64,000 nucleotides of DNA from Acidimicrobiales bacterium mtb01 (GCA_004379135.1 NBNI01000006.1:249160-313159), one strand, 5' to 3'; shown: positions 53,294 through 63,740, counted from the first letter of the stretch. The notes: a model not told the origin generated them from the sequence alone. A program made the numbers and translations.

Positions 53294-53312
53294 TTAGTCA
53301 ATAGTTGACTAA
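53294..53312. promoter_or_regulatory. perfect 8-bp inverted repeat TTAGTCAA-tag-TTGACTAA, 10 nt upstream of modA
   Basis: Direct reading. It is A/T-rich, lies in a 49-nt intergenic region, and is a candidate operator. Confidence 0.6.
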
Positions 53313-53321
53313 TCTGACCCG

Positions 53322-54065
53322 ATGGGTCGCCGAGCGAGGTCTGCCATCGTCGTCATGTTGGCCCTCGTGGCCGCGTGCGGCGGTGACGACGGCGACGGCA
53401 CGACCGAACTCAATGTTCTGGCGGCAACGTCACTCACCGACGCATTCGGGGCGATCGAGCAAGCCTTCGAGACGGCGAACCCCGGCGTGAACGTGACCAT
53501 GAGCTTCGGCGGTTCGAGCACTCTCGCGACCCAGATCCAGAATGGTGCGCCGGCTGATGTCTTCGCGTCGGCCGACGAGAAGAACATGGACCTGATTACC
53601 GACCTGCTGTTCGGTGACTCGTCCGTTTTCACCACCAACGAGCTTCAGATCATGGTGGCGCCGGGAAATCCGAGGGACATTCGGTCGCTGGCCGACCTGA
53701 CCCGAACCGACGTGATCGTGATCACCGCTCAACCAGGTGTGCCGATCCGTACCTATACCGACGACGTCCTGGCGAATGCCGGAGTCGTCGCGAACTTCCG
53801 CTCGTTCGAGGCCAACGTGGGCGGCATCGTCACCAAGATCACCGGTGGCGCGGCCGACGCCGGGATCGTGTACCGGACCGATGTGATCGCCGCCGGGTCG
53901 AAAGCCCAGGGGGTTCGTATTCCGCTCGATCAGAACCTCGTCGCCCAGTATCCCATCGGCGTCCTCGCGGCTTCCACGAATCGTCGAGCCGCCGATGCCT
54001 TCGTCGCGTTCGTGAACGGGCCCGGGCAGAGCCTGCTCGCGTCGTACGGCTTCGGTGACGGATGA
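53322..54065 (+). CDS. modA: molybdate ABC transporter substrate-binding protein
   Basis: 247 aa. The lipoprotein-like signal is LVAACGGDD. Family motifs are LNVLAATSLTDAF and GAPADVFASAD. Confidence 0.9.
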   Translation: MGRRARSAIVVMLALVAACGGDDGDGTTELNVLAATSLTDAFGAIEQAFETANPGVNVTMSFGGSSTLATQIQNGAPADVFASADEKNMDLITDLLFGDSSVFTTNELQIMVAPGNPRDIRSLADLTRTDVIVITAQPGVPIRTYTDDVLANAGVVANFRSFEANVGGIVTKITGGAADAGIVYRTDVIAAGSKAQGVRIPLDQNLVAQYPIGVLAASTNRRAADAFVAFVNGPGQSLLASYGFGDG

Positions 54066-54889
54066 TCGACACGAATCGCCGTGCTCGCCGCTTGCGCGAG
54101 AGGCCACCCGCCGGTGTCGTCGCCCTCGCCCTGCTGGCCATCGTCTTCTTCGCGCTTCCGTTCCTCGGTCTCTTGTGGAAGGTCCCGTGGAGCGACGTGG
54201 GTCGGGTGCTCGGCAAGAGCGAAGTGCGTACCGCACTCTGGCTGTCGATTCGCACATCCGTCGCGTCCGCCTTGCTGGCCGGCTTCTTCGGAATACCGCT
54301 GGCCTGGTTGCTCGCCCGGACGAACTTCCCCGGCCGCAACTTCGTTCGCGCGCTCTGCACCATGTCGATGGTTCTTCCTCCGGTCGTCGGCGGCGTCGCT
54401 CTGTTCTTCTCGTTCGGACGACGCGGATTGTTCGGCCAGTACCTCGACCAGTGGTTCTCGTTCCAGCTCACGTTCACGGTGTGGGGAGTCATCGTCGCTC
54501 AGACGTTCGTCGCCATGCCGTTCCTCGTGCTCACGGTCGAGGCGGCCATTCGTCAAGCCGACGCGCGTTACGAGGATGCCGCCCGAACTCTCGGTGCGAC
54601 CCGCTCGTACGTGTTCCGTCGCATCACTCTTCCGGCGATTCGACCCGCGCTCCTAGCCGGCTTCGTCCTCGCCTGGGCTCGCGCGCTGGGAGAATTCGGG
54701 GCCACCATCACATTCGCCGGCAACTTCCCCGGTACGACGCAGACCATCTCCATCGCGACCTTCCTCGCGCTCGAAACCGATCAGCGCGATGCTCTCGTTC
54801 TCAGCGTCGTCATGATCGCCACCTCGTTCGCCGTCCTGCTGGGCCTGCGCGACCGATGGATGGGACGAACCGACGGAGTCGGATACTGA
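54062..54889 (+). CDS. modB: molybdate ABC transporter permease
   Basis: 275 aa. EAA-loop-like ARTLGATRSYVFRRITLPAIRPAL. It overlaps modA by 4 nt. Confidence 0.9.
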   Translation: MIDTNRRARRLRERPPAGVVALALLAIVFFALPFLGLLWKVPWSDVGRVLGKSEVRTALWLSIRTSVASALLAGFFGIPLAWLLARTNFPGRNFVRALCTMSMVLPPVVGGVALFFSFGRRGLFGQYLDQWFSFQLTFTVWGVIVAQTFVAMPFLVLTVEAAIRQADARYEDAARTLGATRSYVFRRITLPAIRPALLAGFVLAWARALGEFGATITFAGNFPGTTQTISIATFLALETDQRDALVLSVVMIATSFAVLLGLRDRWMGRTDGVGY

Positions 54890-55611
54890 TGGTGCTGCAC
54901 GGCCACGTCGTCGTCGAACGAAACCGCTTCACGCTCGACGCGTCCATTTCCGTCAGGGCCGGGGAAACCCTCGCCGTTCTCGGCCCGAACGGCGCGGGCA
55001 AGACCACTCTTCTGCGCGCGCTCGCCGGCCTCGTCCCCATCTCGGCTGGTTCGATCGAACTCGACGGCGCCTTGCTCGACGACCCCGACCACGACGTCTT
55101 CATCGTCCCCGAGCGGCGACCCATCGGCTTCGTCTTCCAGGACTATCTCTTGTTCCCCGACATGAGCGTCGTCGAGAACGTGGCGTTCGGACCACGCGCC
55201 CGTGGAACCAATCACGAACAGGCACTCGCTCGCGCCAGTGAACTGCTCGAGTGGGTCGGGCTCGGCGACCACGCGGAGAAGAGGCCCGATGCGATCAGCG
55301 GCGGACAAGCACAGCGCGTGGCACTGGCGCGCGCGATGGCCGTGTCACCTCGTTTGCTGCTGCTCGACGAACCGCTGGCCGCCCTCGACGTCACCACCCG
55401 TCGTTCCGTGCGCTCCGATCTGTCACGGCTCCTGGCAGGAGTCGATAGCGCACGCATCCTGGTGACGCACGATCCGCGCGACGCGCGCGCACTGGCCGAC
55501 CGCTTGATGATCATCGAGAACGGCCGTGTGGTGCAGAGCGGGTCGTTCGACGACATCGCGGCGAATCCGGCCACTCCGTACGTCCACGAATTGCTCGGAG
55601 ACTTCTCGTGA
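54889..55611 (+). CDS. modC: molybdate-type ABC transporter ATP-binding protein
   Basis: 240 aa from ATG 54889, which overlaps the modB stop by 1 nt. Motifs GPNGAGKTT, ISGGQAQRVALARA and LLLDEP. Confidence 0.85.
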   Translation: MVLHGHVVVERNRFTLDASISVRAGETLAVLGPNGAGKTTLLRALAGLVPISAGSIELDGALLDDPDHDVFIVPERRPIGFVFQDYLLFPDMSVVENVAFGPRARGTNHEQALARASELLEWVGLGDHAEKRPDAISGGQAQRVALARAMAVSPRLLLLDEPLAALDVTTRRSVRSDLSRLLAGVDSARILVTHDPRDARALADRLMIIENGRVVQSGSFDDIAANPATPYVHELLGDFS

Positions 55612-56126
55612 GTCGAGCATCTCGAACGGCGAACGAACTCCTCCTCGGCGAATGGGCCTGCCTCGGTGTCATCGCCCAGAAGCCGAGCCACGGATTCGCG
55701 GTCGCGACTCGCCTGGCGCCCACCGGCGATCTCGGCCGCATCTGGTCGCTGTCGCGTCCTCTCACGTATCGCGCGATCGATCAACTCGTCGGTCGCGGCT
55801 ACATCGAAACCCGTGGCGAGGAACCCGGAATCGCCGGCGGGCCGCGCACCATGCTGCGCATCACTCGGTCGGGCCGCGCCGCCCTGAACGCCTGGCTCGC
55901 ACTACCGGTGCCGCACCTGCGCGATCTGCGCGGCGAGTTGCTGCTGAAGCTGGAGATCGGCCGGCAGGTCGAGGTTCAGCAGACGGCGATGCTGAAGGAG
56001 CAAAGGCGGATCGTGGACGGGATCATCCGCGGTCTCGAGAAGACCGTCGGCGACGACGACATCGTCACCGCTTGGCGGCTCGAGTCGGCCGAAGCGGCCC
56101 GACGCTTTCTCGATCGACTCGACTGA
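55608..56126 (+). CDS. PadR-family transcriptional regulator
   Basis: 172 aa. The winged helix is HGFAVATRLAPTGDLGRIWSLSRPLTYRAIDQLVGRGYIE. The start overlaps the modC stop by 4 nt. Confidence 0.8.
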   Translation: MSRASRTANELLLGEWACLGVIAQKPSHGFAVATRLAPTGDLGRIWSLSRPLTYRAIDQLVGRGYIETRGEEPGIAGGPRTMLRITRSGRAALNAWLALPVPHLRDLRGELLLKLEIGRQVEVQQTAMLKEQRRIVDGIIRGLEKTVGDDDIVTAWRLESAEAARRFLDRLD

Positions 56127-56128
56127 CG

Positions 56129-57718
56129 TCAGTTCTCGACGCCGGCCAGGATGGGCCGGAGCGTGAGTTCGGGTTCGTCGCTCATGAGGCGCTGCAGGCG
56201 ATAGCGGTTCTCGAAGAGCGCAACCAGCTCGCCGTCTCCACGCTTGAGGATTCGGATTCCACCGATGCGCCGCAGACGTTCGACCGACTCTTCGTCGGTG
56301 AGGCGAATCGCTTGATACCCGGCCGGCTCGATCCGGCTCGGAGCGTTGAATTCGTGCTCGAGGCGATGCGCGAAGACTTCGAACTGCAACTGACCGACCG
56401 CGGCGAGGATCGGGTCGGCATCGCCCATGTCGGGATCGCGCAACACCTGCACGACTCCCTCTTCGTCGAGTTGCGACAAGCCCTTTCGGAATTGCTTGTA
56501 CTTGCCGGTGTCGACCGGGCGCGCGGTGGCGAACACCTCGGGCTCGAAGCGCGGAACGCCGGGGAACTCGACACGGGGCCCGGCGTACAACGTGTCGCCG
56601 ATCTGCAGGCCGGCGGCGTTGACGAGACCGATGATGTCGCCGGGGTATGCCCGCTCGATGGTCTCGCGTTCGGCACCGAACGCCGTGGTCGCGTACTTGG
56701 TCCCGACTGGCTTGCCGGTGCGGGTGTTGGTGACGTCCATCGAACGTTCGAATTCGCCCGAGCACACGCGCGCGAACGCCAGACGATCGCGGTGATTCGG
56801 GTCCATGTTGGCCTGCACCTTGAACACGAACGCCGCGAACGGAGAATCGATCGGACGACCTTCACCGTCGACGTCGAGGCGGGGTGAGGGCGGCGGGGCG
56901 TAATCGACAACCGCATCGAGCAGCATGCGCACTCCGAAGTTGGTGAGCGCCGATCCCACGTAGACGGGTGTCGATTCGCCGGCGAGGAACGACGGCTCAT
57001 CGACATCCGCTCCGATCGCATCGAGCAGGCCGCAGCCGTCGAGCGCGACCTTCCAGGCGTCGCCTTCCTCGGCGGCCGCCTGCTCGCGACTCACGAACTC
57101 CTCGGGTGCGAGAGACGCGCCGCGAGCGGTGCGCGTGAACCGGATGTAATCGCCGTTGCGCCGATCGATCACGCCGCGGAAGTCGCCTGGGATGCCCACC
57201 GGCCAAGTGACCGGTGTAGGACGTAGACCGATCTGCTCCTCCACTTCGTCGAGAAGTTCGAGGGGGTCGCGGCCGGCGCGGTCGTACTTGTTGAAGAACG
57301 TCACCACCGGCAGACGCCGAGTGCGGCACACCTGGAACAACTTGAGGGTCTGCGACTCGATGCCCTTGGCGGTGTCGAGCACCATGATGACCGCGTCGAC
57401 CGCCGCAAGAACTCGATACGTATCTTCGGAGAAGTCGCGGTGGCCCGGAGTATCGAGCAGATTGAAGACGTGATCGCGGTAGGGGAACTGCAGCACCGCC
57501 GACGAGATGGAGATTCCGCGCTGACGCTCGAGTTCCATCCAGTCGGATGTCGCACCGCGACGATCGCCTCGCGCGTGCACGGCACCGGCTTCCTGGATGG
57601 CGCCGGCATAGAGCAAGAACTTCTCGGTCAGCGTGGTCTTGCCGGCGTCAGGGTGGCTGATGATCGCGATGGTGCGGCGCCTGGCCGCCTCGGCTCGAAC
57701 ATCCACGACTTCCGACAC
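56129..57718 (-). CDS. prfC: peptide chain release factor 3
   Basis: 529 aa. GTPase motifs are IISHPDAGKTTLTEK, LLDTPGH and NKYDR. RF3 family length. Confidence 0.95.
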   Translation of the reverse strand: MSEVVDVRAEAARRRTIAIISHPDAGKTTLTEKFLLYAGAIQEAGAVHARGDRRGATSDWMELERQRGISISSAVLQFPYRDHVFNLLDTPGHRDFSEDTYRVLAAVDAVIMVLDTAKGIESQTLKLFQVCRTRRLPVVTFFNKYDRAGRDPLELLDEVEEQIGLRPTPVTWPVGIPGDFRGVIDRRNGDYIRFTRTARGASLAPEEFVSREQAAAEEGDAWKVALDGCGLLDAIGADVDEPSFLAGESTPVYVGSALTNFGVRMLLDAVVDYAPPPSPRLDVDGEGRPIDSPFAAFVFKVQANMDPNHRDRLAFARVCSGEFERSMDVTNTRTGKPVGTKYATTAFGAERETIERAYPGDIIGLVNAAGLQIGDTLYAGPRVEFPGVPRFEPEVFATARPVDTGKYKQFRKGLSQLDEEGVVQVLRDPDMGDADPILAAVGQLQFEVFAHRLEHEFNAPSRIEPAGYQAIRLTDEESVERLRRIGGIRILKRGDGELVALFENRYRLQRLMSDEPELTLRPILAGVEN

Positions 57719-57747
57719 AGGAGAAAGAATCTACCGACTGCCTTCGA

Positions 57748-59007
57748 GTGCTCACGGTCTACTCTCGTGACGTGACCGCAACCGAAGCAGCCGGCTCGCG
57801 TAATTCGTTGCGCCGCGAAGCCGGTCGACGCGAGTTCATGGCGCAGGTCACGGTGTTCATGGCGCTCATCGCGATCGCCATCGACTTGGTGCTGCCGGCG
57901 TTCCCCGAAGTTCGCCAAGCGTTCTCGATGCCATCGGACTCGACACGAGTCACCTGGGTCATCACCGTGTTCTTCTTGGGCATTTCGGTCGGTCCGTGGC
58001 TCTTCGGTCCGGCCTCCGATCGTTTCGGTCGCCGACCGATGCTCTTCGCCAGCCTCGGTCTCTACATCCTCGGCGGACTGCTCTCGGCCCTGGCGAGTTC
58101 GTGGCCGCTTCTCATCGCCGCCCGATTCGTGTGGGGAATCGGCGCCGCCGGTCCGCGCACACTCACCAACGCGATGGTGCGCGACCGCTTCGAGGGCGAC
58201 GTGATGGCGCGGCTGATGTCGTTCATCATGGCCGTGTTCCTGATCGTCCCGATCATCGCTCCTGCCATCGGCGCCGGACTCATCGAGATCTTCCCGTGGC
58301 GATCGGTGTTCGTCGCCCCGGTCGTGATCGCGATTCTGATGGCCGTGTGGGCATTGCGTCTGCCCGAGACCCTGCCCATCGAGCGTCGTCGTCCGTTCAC
58401 GTGGCGGGCCGTCGGCGAGGCCAGTCGCGAAGTCTTCCGCAACCGAACGACCCTGTCGTTCATGTTCGCCAACATGTTCACCTACGCGATCCTCACCGCG
58501 TACCTCGGCGCGTCCGAGGTGATCATGGAAGACGTGTACGAGCGCGGCGACCTGTTCCCCGTTTTCTTCGGGGTGCTCGGCGTCTTCTTCGCGTTGAACT
58601 CGCTCAACAACGCGCGGCGGGTGAAGAACGTGGGGCTGTATCACCACCTTCGCCGCTCGGTTCACTTCGGCTCGGTGTCGGCCATCGCGTTCGTCCTGGT
58701 GTCGTTTACCAACGGCGGCAAACCAAACTTCTGGATCTTCTCCTTCGCGCTCGCGTTGCTGATTCCGGTGGCTCAGGGCCTCGGGCCACTCGCCAACACC
58801 GCGGCCATGACTCCCCTCCCGCACATCGCCGGCACCGCATCGTCGGTCATCACCACCATCACCACGGCCGGTGGTGCACTTCTCGGTGGTGTCGCCAACT
58901 CCACGTTCGACGGAACGGTCCGTTCGTTCGCCGCGTGGTCGACTGGTTTCTTCGCGCTGGCGACACTGCTGATTCTCCGAGCCGCCCGCGAGGTCTCACC
59001 GACGTGA
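57748..59007 (+). CDS. MFS transporter (Bcr/CflA-like drug efflux type)
   Basis: About 12 TM segments. MFS motif A-like GPASDRFGRRPML. The start is uncertain. Confidence 0.82.
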   Translation: MLTVYSRDVTATEAAGSRNSLRREAGRREFMAQVTVFMALIAIAIDLVLPAFPEVRQAFSMPSDSTRVTWVITVFFLGISVGPWLFGPASDRFGRRPMLFASLGLYILGGLLSALASSWPLLIAARFVWGIGAAGPRTLTNAMVRDRFEGDVMARLMSFIMAVFLIVPIIAPAIGAGLIEIFPWRSVFVAPVVIAILMAVWALRLPETLPIERRRPFTWRAVGEASREVFRNRTTLSFMFANMFTYAILTAYLGASEVIMEDVYERGDLFPVFFGVLGVFFALNSLNNARRVKNVGLYHHLRRSVHFGSVSAIAFVLVSFTNGGKPNFWIFSFALALLIPVAQGLGPLANTAAMTPLPHIAGTASSVITTITTAGGALLGGVANSTFDGTVRSFAAWSTGFFALATLLILRAAREVSPT

Positions 59008-59777
59008 TCCGCCAACCCGCCGTCTTCATCGGCCACGGCAGTCCTATGAACGCGCTCGAATCGAATCGATTCACCAATTGCTGGCGCGAGTTGGTGGCAA
59101 TGCGTCCCGTGCCGCGGGCCATCGTCGCCGTTTCGGCTCATTGGTACATCAATGCGACCGCCGTCACCGCCATGGAGAAGCCGCGCACCATCCACGACTT
59201 CTACGGGTTCCCCGACGAACTGTTCGCATTCGAGTACCCGTGCCCGGGCTCCCGTGCAATCGCCCAAGAAGTCGTCGACGCGCTGGCTCCCGCCTGGGTC
59301 GGTTCGGACACCGATAGTTGGGGAATCGACCACGGCACCTGGTCGGTGCTCACCCACATGTTCCCGGCTGCCGACGTTCCGGTGCTGCAATTGTCCATCG
59401 ACGCCACGAAGTCGTTCGCCGATCACGTGGGGATCGGCGCGGGTCTCTCGAGATTGCAGGACGAGGGAATCCTGGTGCTCGGCAGCGGCAACGTTGTGCA
59501 CAATCTCGGCCGACTGGCCTGGGACCGGCCCGACGACGGCTACGACTGGGCCCGGTCGTTCGACGATGCGGCGCGCGCGATCATGACCGGCGATCCGTCA
59601 TCGATCACGAACCTCGTGTCGCACGACGCATTCTCCCTGGCGGTTCCCACACCAGATCACTTCATTCCGCTGCTGTACATCGCCGGAGCCGCCGTTGCAT
59701 CAGGGCGAAGCGCGTCAACCTTGGTCGAGGGATGCTCGATGGGTTCGCTGTCGATGACGAGTTACTTCGTCGATTGA
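59004..59777 (+). CDS. ygiD: 4,5-DOPA dioxygenase extradiol-like (LigB/YgiD family)
   Basis: 257 aa from GTG 59004, which overlaps the MFS stop as GTGA. Motifs FIGHGSPMNALE, SAHW, TIHDFYGFP, LGSGNVVHNL and HFIPLLY align with E. coli YgiD as I recall it. Confidence 0.88.
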   Translation: MIRQPAVFIGHGSPMNALESNRFTNCWRELVAMRPVPRAIVAVSAHWYINATAVTAMEKPRTIHDFYGFPDELFAFEYPCPGSRAIAQEVVDALAPAWVGSDTDSWGIDHGTWSVLTHMFPAADVPVLQLSIDATKSFADHVGIGAGLSRLQDEGILVLGSGNVVHNLGRLAWDRPDDGYDWARSFDDAARAIMTGDPSSITNLVSHDAFSLAVPTPDHFIPLLYIAGAAVASGRSASTLVEGCSMGSLSMTSYFVD

Positions 59778-59793
59778 CGTAGCAGGATGATCT

Positions 59794-60663
59794 TCACGCG
59801 CGTCGGCGACGCTGACGCTCCATGAGGCTGCACCAGTCCCACTGTGCTCCACCCATGGCGGTCACCTCGGCGAGCATCTGGCCCACCATCGCCGTCACGG
59901 GCAACGGGATGTTCATGGCTTCGGCCTCTTCGAGCACGAGTCCGATGTCCTTGCGCATGAGAGTGGTGGAGAAGCCGTAGTCGTACTCGCCGGCGAGCAT
60001 CTTCTCGGCACGATTGGCCATCTGCCACGATGCCGACGAGCCCTGGAGCATCACGTGGATCACCTTCGTCACGTCGAGACCGGCACTCTCGGCGAAGTCG
60101 AGTCCTTCGGCCAACGCCTGGCAGAGCCCCACCACGCAGATCTGGTTCGTCATCTTTGTGATCTGACCCGCTCCGGAATCGCCCATCAGCGTTATGCGGG
60201 CCGCGTACGACGCGACGACGCTTTCGACGTCATCGAACGCGCGCTGATCGCCACCGGCCATCACGGTGAGAGTTCCCTTGCGCGCCCCATCGACGCCACC
60301 TGACACCGGCGCGTCGAGGAACCGGCCGCCCGCATCGGCCACTCGCGACGCCACGGCCCGCGCGGCTTGCGCCGACGTGGTGGAGTGATCGACCCACACG
60401 CGGCCGGAACCGACTGCTGAAGCGATCTCTTCGGCCACCGCGAGCAGTTCGCGATCGGCCGGTAACGACGTGATGACGATGTCGGCATCGCGAGCCGCGT
60501 CGGCCGGTGAGTTGGCGGCTCGTCCACCCACTTCGCTCACGAATCGATCGGCCATTCCGGCGACCGCATCGCACACCGCCACTCGGTGGCCTTTGGCCAC
60601 GAGATGCGCGGCCATGTGCCAGCCCATGCGACCGATGCCGATGACGGCGACGGCGCGGCTCAC
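59794..60663 (-). CDS. NAD(P)-dependent 3-hydroxyisobutyrate-dehydrogenase-family oxidoreductase
   Basis: 289 aa from GTG 60663. Motifs AVIGIGRMGWHMAAHL and DAPVSGGVDGARKGTLTVMAGG. The longer track ORF is rejected. Confidence 0.85.
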   Translation of the reverse strand: MSRAVAVIGIGRMGWHMAAHLVAKGHRVAVCDAVAGMADRFVSEVGGRAANSPADAARDADIVITSLPADRELLAVAEEIASAVGSGRVWVDHSTTSAQAARAVASRVADAGGRFLDAPVSGGVDGARKGTLTVMAGGDQRAFDDVESVVASYAARITLMGDSGAGQITKMTNQICVVGLCQALAEGLDFAESAGLDVTKVIHVMLQGSSASWQMANRAEKMLAGEYDYGFSTTLMRKDIGLVLEEAEAMNIPLPVTAMVGQMLAEVTAMGGAQWDWCSLMERQRRRRA

Positions 60664-61244
60664 GCCGGTACTCCGGGCTTGCCGCGATCGGCCAGAGAGA
60701 AGCCTCCGGCCAGACGCGCGTGGACGCGGCCGCCGATCGCCATGGCGAGAATGACCACCATTTCGTCGGGCTTGGGTCCGTCGGGAACACCGACTTCGAT
60801 CGCGTCGTAATGACTTCCGACGTAACTCCATTCGAGATGAGTGATGGGCACGTCGAGGCGGGCGCCGACTCCGGCCACCTTCTTGGTGGACGGCACGATC
60901 GCGGTTCCCTTGCCCAGTGCGGCACGCATGCCTCCGCCGCCGGGGATGTGCCACATCGCGCCGTGTTCGATCTCGCCGGCCGAACCGACGATGGTCCCCT
61001 TGCCGTAACCGTCGATCACCGACGGGTCACCGCCGAGATGGTCGATGAGAATGTTTCCGAGCCGTTCACCGAGCGCGCGCAGTTCATCGGCCGCCGGTGA
61101 CAGATCGGACACGTACTGACCGACGTACGGATTGGTCACGACGGCCGCCACCGCACCTTTGACAGCCGGCCTTTCGGGTACCGGGCCGAGATCGTGGTGG
61201 ATCTCCTCCACCACGGCGACGATCTTGCGAACGTTGAACAACAT
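60660..61244 (-). CDS. amino-acid-synthesis family protein (DUF1185-like)
   Basis: 194 aa from ATG 61244. GKGTIVGSAGEIEHGAMWH and IVPSTKKVAG are typical of the family. It overlaps the downstream dehydrogenase by 4 nt. Confidence 0.7.
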   Translation of the reverse strand: MLFNVRKIVAVVEEIHHDLGPVPERPAVKGAVAAVVTNPYVGQYVSDLSPAADELRALGERLGNILIDHLGGDPSVIDGYGKGTIVGSAGEIEHGAMWHIPGGGGMRAALGKGTAIVPSTKKVAGVGARLDVPITHLEWSYVGSHYDAIEVGVPDGPKPDEMVVILAMAIGGRVHARLAGGFSLADRGKPGVPA

Positions 61245-61347
61245 GAGAACCCCCCGCGCCGGAGTCGCCGACGACACGATCGATTCTGCCACTCGGTCGA
61301 AGGTCGTCGGTAAAGCACACGGCGACACCTCGCCGTAGCCTGACGTC

Positions 61348-62823
61348 ATGACCACGGTCGAGCGTTCGCACTTCGCGTTCGACAACACGTACGCGCGCGA
61401 ATTGACCGGGTTGTACGAACCGTGGCGGGCCAATGTCGTGGCCGATCCGCGGCTCCTCGCCTTCAATGACGAATTGGCCGACGAACTCGGGCTCGACTCC
61501 GCATTCCTCCGCTCTCCCGACGGCGTGGCCGTGCTCGTGGGCAACGTGGTGCCGGACGGCGCCGAGCCGATCGCCCAGGCCTACAGCGGTCATCAGTTCG
61601 GCGGCTTTTCGCCCCGCCTCGGCGACGGGCGAGCATTGCTACTCGGCGAATTGATCGACGTGCGCGGTCGACGACGCGACATCCACCTGAAGGGTTCGGG
61701 GCGCACACCCTTCGCGCGCGGTGGTGACGGCAAGGCGGCCATCGGTCCGATGCTGCGCGAGTTCATCATGGGCGAGGCAATGCACGCGCTCGGAGTACCG
61801 ACCACGCGCGCACTCGCCGTGGTGGCCACCGGCGAATCGATCGCCCGCGAGTCGTTGTTGCCGGGCGCGGTTCTCGCCCGCGTGGCATCGAGCCACCTGC
61901 GCGTCGGCACGTTCCAGTTCGCGGCCACGACCCACGACAACGACCTGCTGAAGCGCCTCGCCGACTACGCGATCGCACGCCACTACCCCGAGGTCGCCGG
62001 AGCCGACAATCCTTATCTCTCGTTCTACGAGCGTGTCGTCGACGCGCAAGCAGCACTCATCGCGCGGTGGATGAACCTCGGATTCATTCACGGTGTGATG
62101 AACACCGACAACATGACCATCTCGGGCGAGACGATCGACTACGGCCCGTGTGCGTTCATGGACGCGTTCAACCCCGAGACCGTGTTCTCGTCCATCGATC
62201 ATCAGGGACGGTACGCCTATGGCAACCAGCCGATGATCGGGCAGTGGAATCTGGCCCGTCTGGCCGAAGCGATCGTGACCTTGTTCGATGACGACACCGA
62301 TACGGCCGTGAAGCTCGCCACCGATGTGCTCGTGTCGTTCACCGAGAGGTTCCACACATACTGGTTGGCCGGGATGCGCGCGAAGCTCGGATTCGACGGA
62401 GTTGCCGAGGGCGACGTCGAGATCGTCAACGACCTGCTGGCGCTGCTCCATTCCGAGCGCGTCGATTTCACGTCGTTCTTCCGCACGCTGTCGCGCTCAC
62501 TGCGAGGCGACTCGTCGCGACTCGACGCTCTGTTCGCCAATCGCATGGGTCTATTGGCCTGGATGCCCCGTTGGCGATCACGGCTCGGCGCGGACGACGC
62601 AGCGGTGGCGGAGCGCATGGACGCGGTCAATCCGATGTATGTGCCGCGTAATCACCTCGTCGAAGAAGCCCTGGCGGCGGGCACGCACGGTGATCTCTCG
62701 GTGATGTCGAACCTGCTCGAGGTACTGAGCGACCCGTACTCCGAGCGCGCCGGCCTCGAGCGCTGGGCCGAACCGGCACCGATCGAATACACCGAGGGCT
62801 ACGCCACTTTCTGCGGTACCTGA
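61348..62823 (+). CDS. selO: protein adenylyltransferase SelO (YdiU)
   Basis: 491 aa. Motifs [50 protein letters not shown] and MYVPRNHL. Confidence 0.93.
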   Translation: MTTVERSHFAFDNTYARELTGLYEPWRANVVADPRLLAFNDELADELGLDSAFLRSPDGVAVLVGNVVPDGAEPIAQAYSGHQFGGFSPRLGDGRALLLGELIDVRGRRRDIHLKGSGRTPFARGGDGKAAIGPMLREFIMGEAMHALGVPTTRALAVVATGESIARESLLPGAVLARVASSHLRVGTFQFAATTHDNDLLKRLADYAIARHYPEVAGADNPYLSFYERVVDAQAALIARWMNLGFIHGVMNTDNMTISGETIDYGPCAFMDAFNPETVFSSIDHQGRYAYGNQPMIGQWNLARLAEAIVTLFDDDTDTAVKLATDVLVSFTERFHTYWLAGMRAKLGFDGVAEGDVEIVNDLLALLHSERVDFTSFFRTLSRSLRGDSSRLDALFANRMGLLAWMPRWRSRLGADDAAVAERMDAVNPMYVPRNHLVEEALAAGTHGDLSVMSNLLEVLSDPYSERAGLERWAEPAPIEYTEGYATFCGT

Positions 62824-62933
62824 GGCGTCGCTTTCCTTCACGATCCCGATGACCCGGGACAGCCGTCGCTTCGTCGAGTCGGATCTCCGATCGGGACAAG
62901 TTCGGCACGCCAACCGCCGAAGTCGCCGTCATC

Positions 62934-63731
62934 GTGGTGCGCATGACCACCAAGAAGAAAGCCTTACTGCTCGGCCTCGTCGTCGGCGGGCTGCTCACGG
63001 CTCTCGCCACCGTGAGCAACAGTGCACTGGCCTCGGGTAATCAATCCGACACCACTCCCGGTTCTGGAAGTCGAGCGGGATCGACCATCGGCTCCGGATC
63101 AACGGGTGCGCCGACCGACACCAGCGGATCCATCGACACGTCGGTGATCGCCACCGGTCCGAGCGACACCACTCCGCCCACTTCGCAGGGGTCGGGGAAT
63201 TCGTCCGATTACCCACCGGGCTTCGACGTCGTCGTCGAGCGCATCAACACCTCGGGCGCACCCGATGCGGTGAAGGAGCGAATCCTCGATCGCATCGAGA
63301 TCCTGAAAGAGAACGCGATCGCTTCGCCGCTGAGCCTGGGTGCTCTCGGCGCTCTGCTCGGGCGCACGGTGTCGGAAAGCCCGTTGCGCGACCAGATCCG
63401 TGATCAGTTGCGTCTTCGAATCCAGGACTTCGACCGGCTGATGCAGTCGGGCGACGTCGACGGGGCACGCGAAGAGGTCCGTCAGATCGTCAGCCGATAC
63501 CGCAACGAGATGATGATTCTCGTGCAGGAACGTGTGCACACCCGGCTCGACGGCATCATCGCCCGCCTTCCTGAACTGGCGGCCAAGATCGACACCGAGG
63601 CGTGGCGGGAGACGTTGTCAGGGCTCCGCAACGATGTGCTCGAAGCCACCGACCTGGCCGAGTTGCGGCAGGTCGTCGTCGAGGTTCGTGCGGCGCTGGG
63701 AGATCTGCGTCGCGAGATCAAGGGAAGTTGA
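62934..63731 (+). CDS. secreted Ser/Thr/Gly-rich then helical protein, function unknown
   Basis: 265 aa. The signal peptide is KKKALLLGLVVGGLLTALATVSNSALA. A low-complexity linker is followed by a helical domain. Confidence 0.6.
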   Translation: MVRMTTKKKALLLGLVVGGLLTALATVSNSALASGNQSDTTPGSGSRAGSTIGSGSTGAPTDTSGSIDTSVIATGPSDTTPPTSQGSGNSSDYPPGFDVVVERINTSGAPDAVKERILDRIEILKENAIASPLSLGALGALLGRTVSESPLRDQIRDQLRLRIQDFDRLMQSGDVDGAREEVRQIVSRYRNEMMILVQERVHTRLDGIIARLPELAAKIDTEAWRETLSGLRNDVLEATDLAELRQVVVEVRAALGDLRREIKGS

Positions 63732-63740
63732 GGAGAGGAC

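Noticed and set aside
53273-53321. Moco riboswitch upstream of modA
   Set aside because: The 49-nt intergenic region is too short. It contains a DNA palindrome (an operator candidate) rather than an RNA aptamer.
57628-58824. 398-aa minus-strand ORF opposite the MFS transporter gene
   Set aside because: It is E/R/D/H/G-rich and antisense to a 12-TM MFS gene that has motif A.
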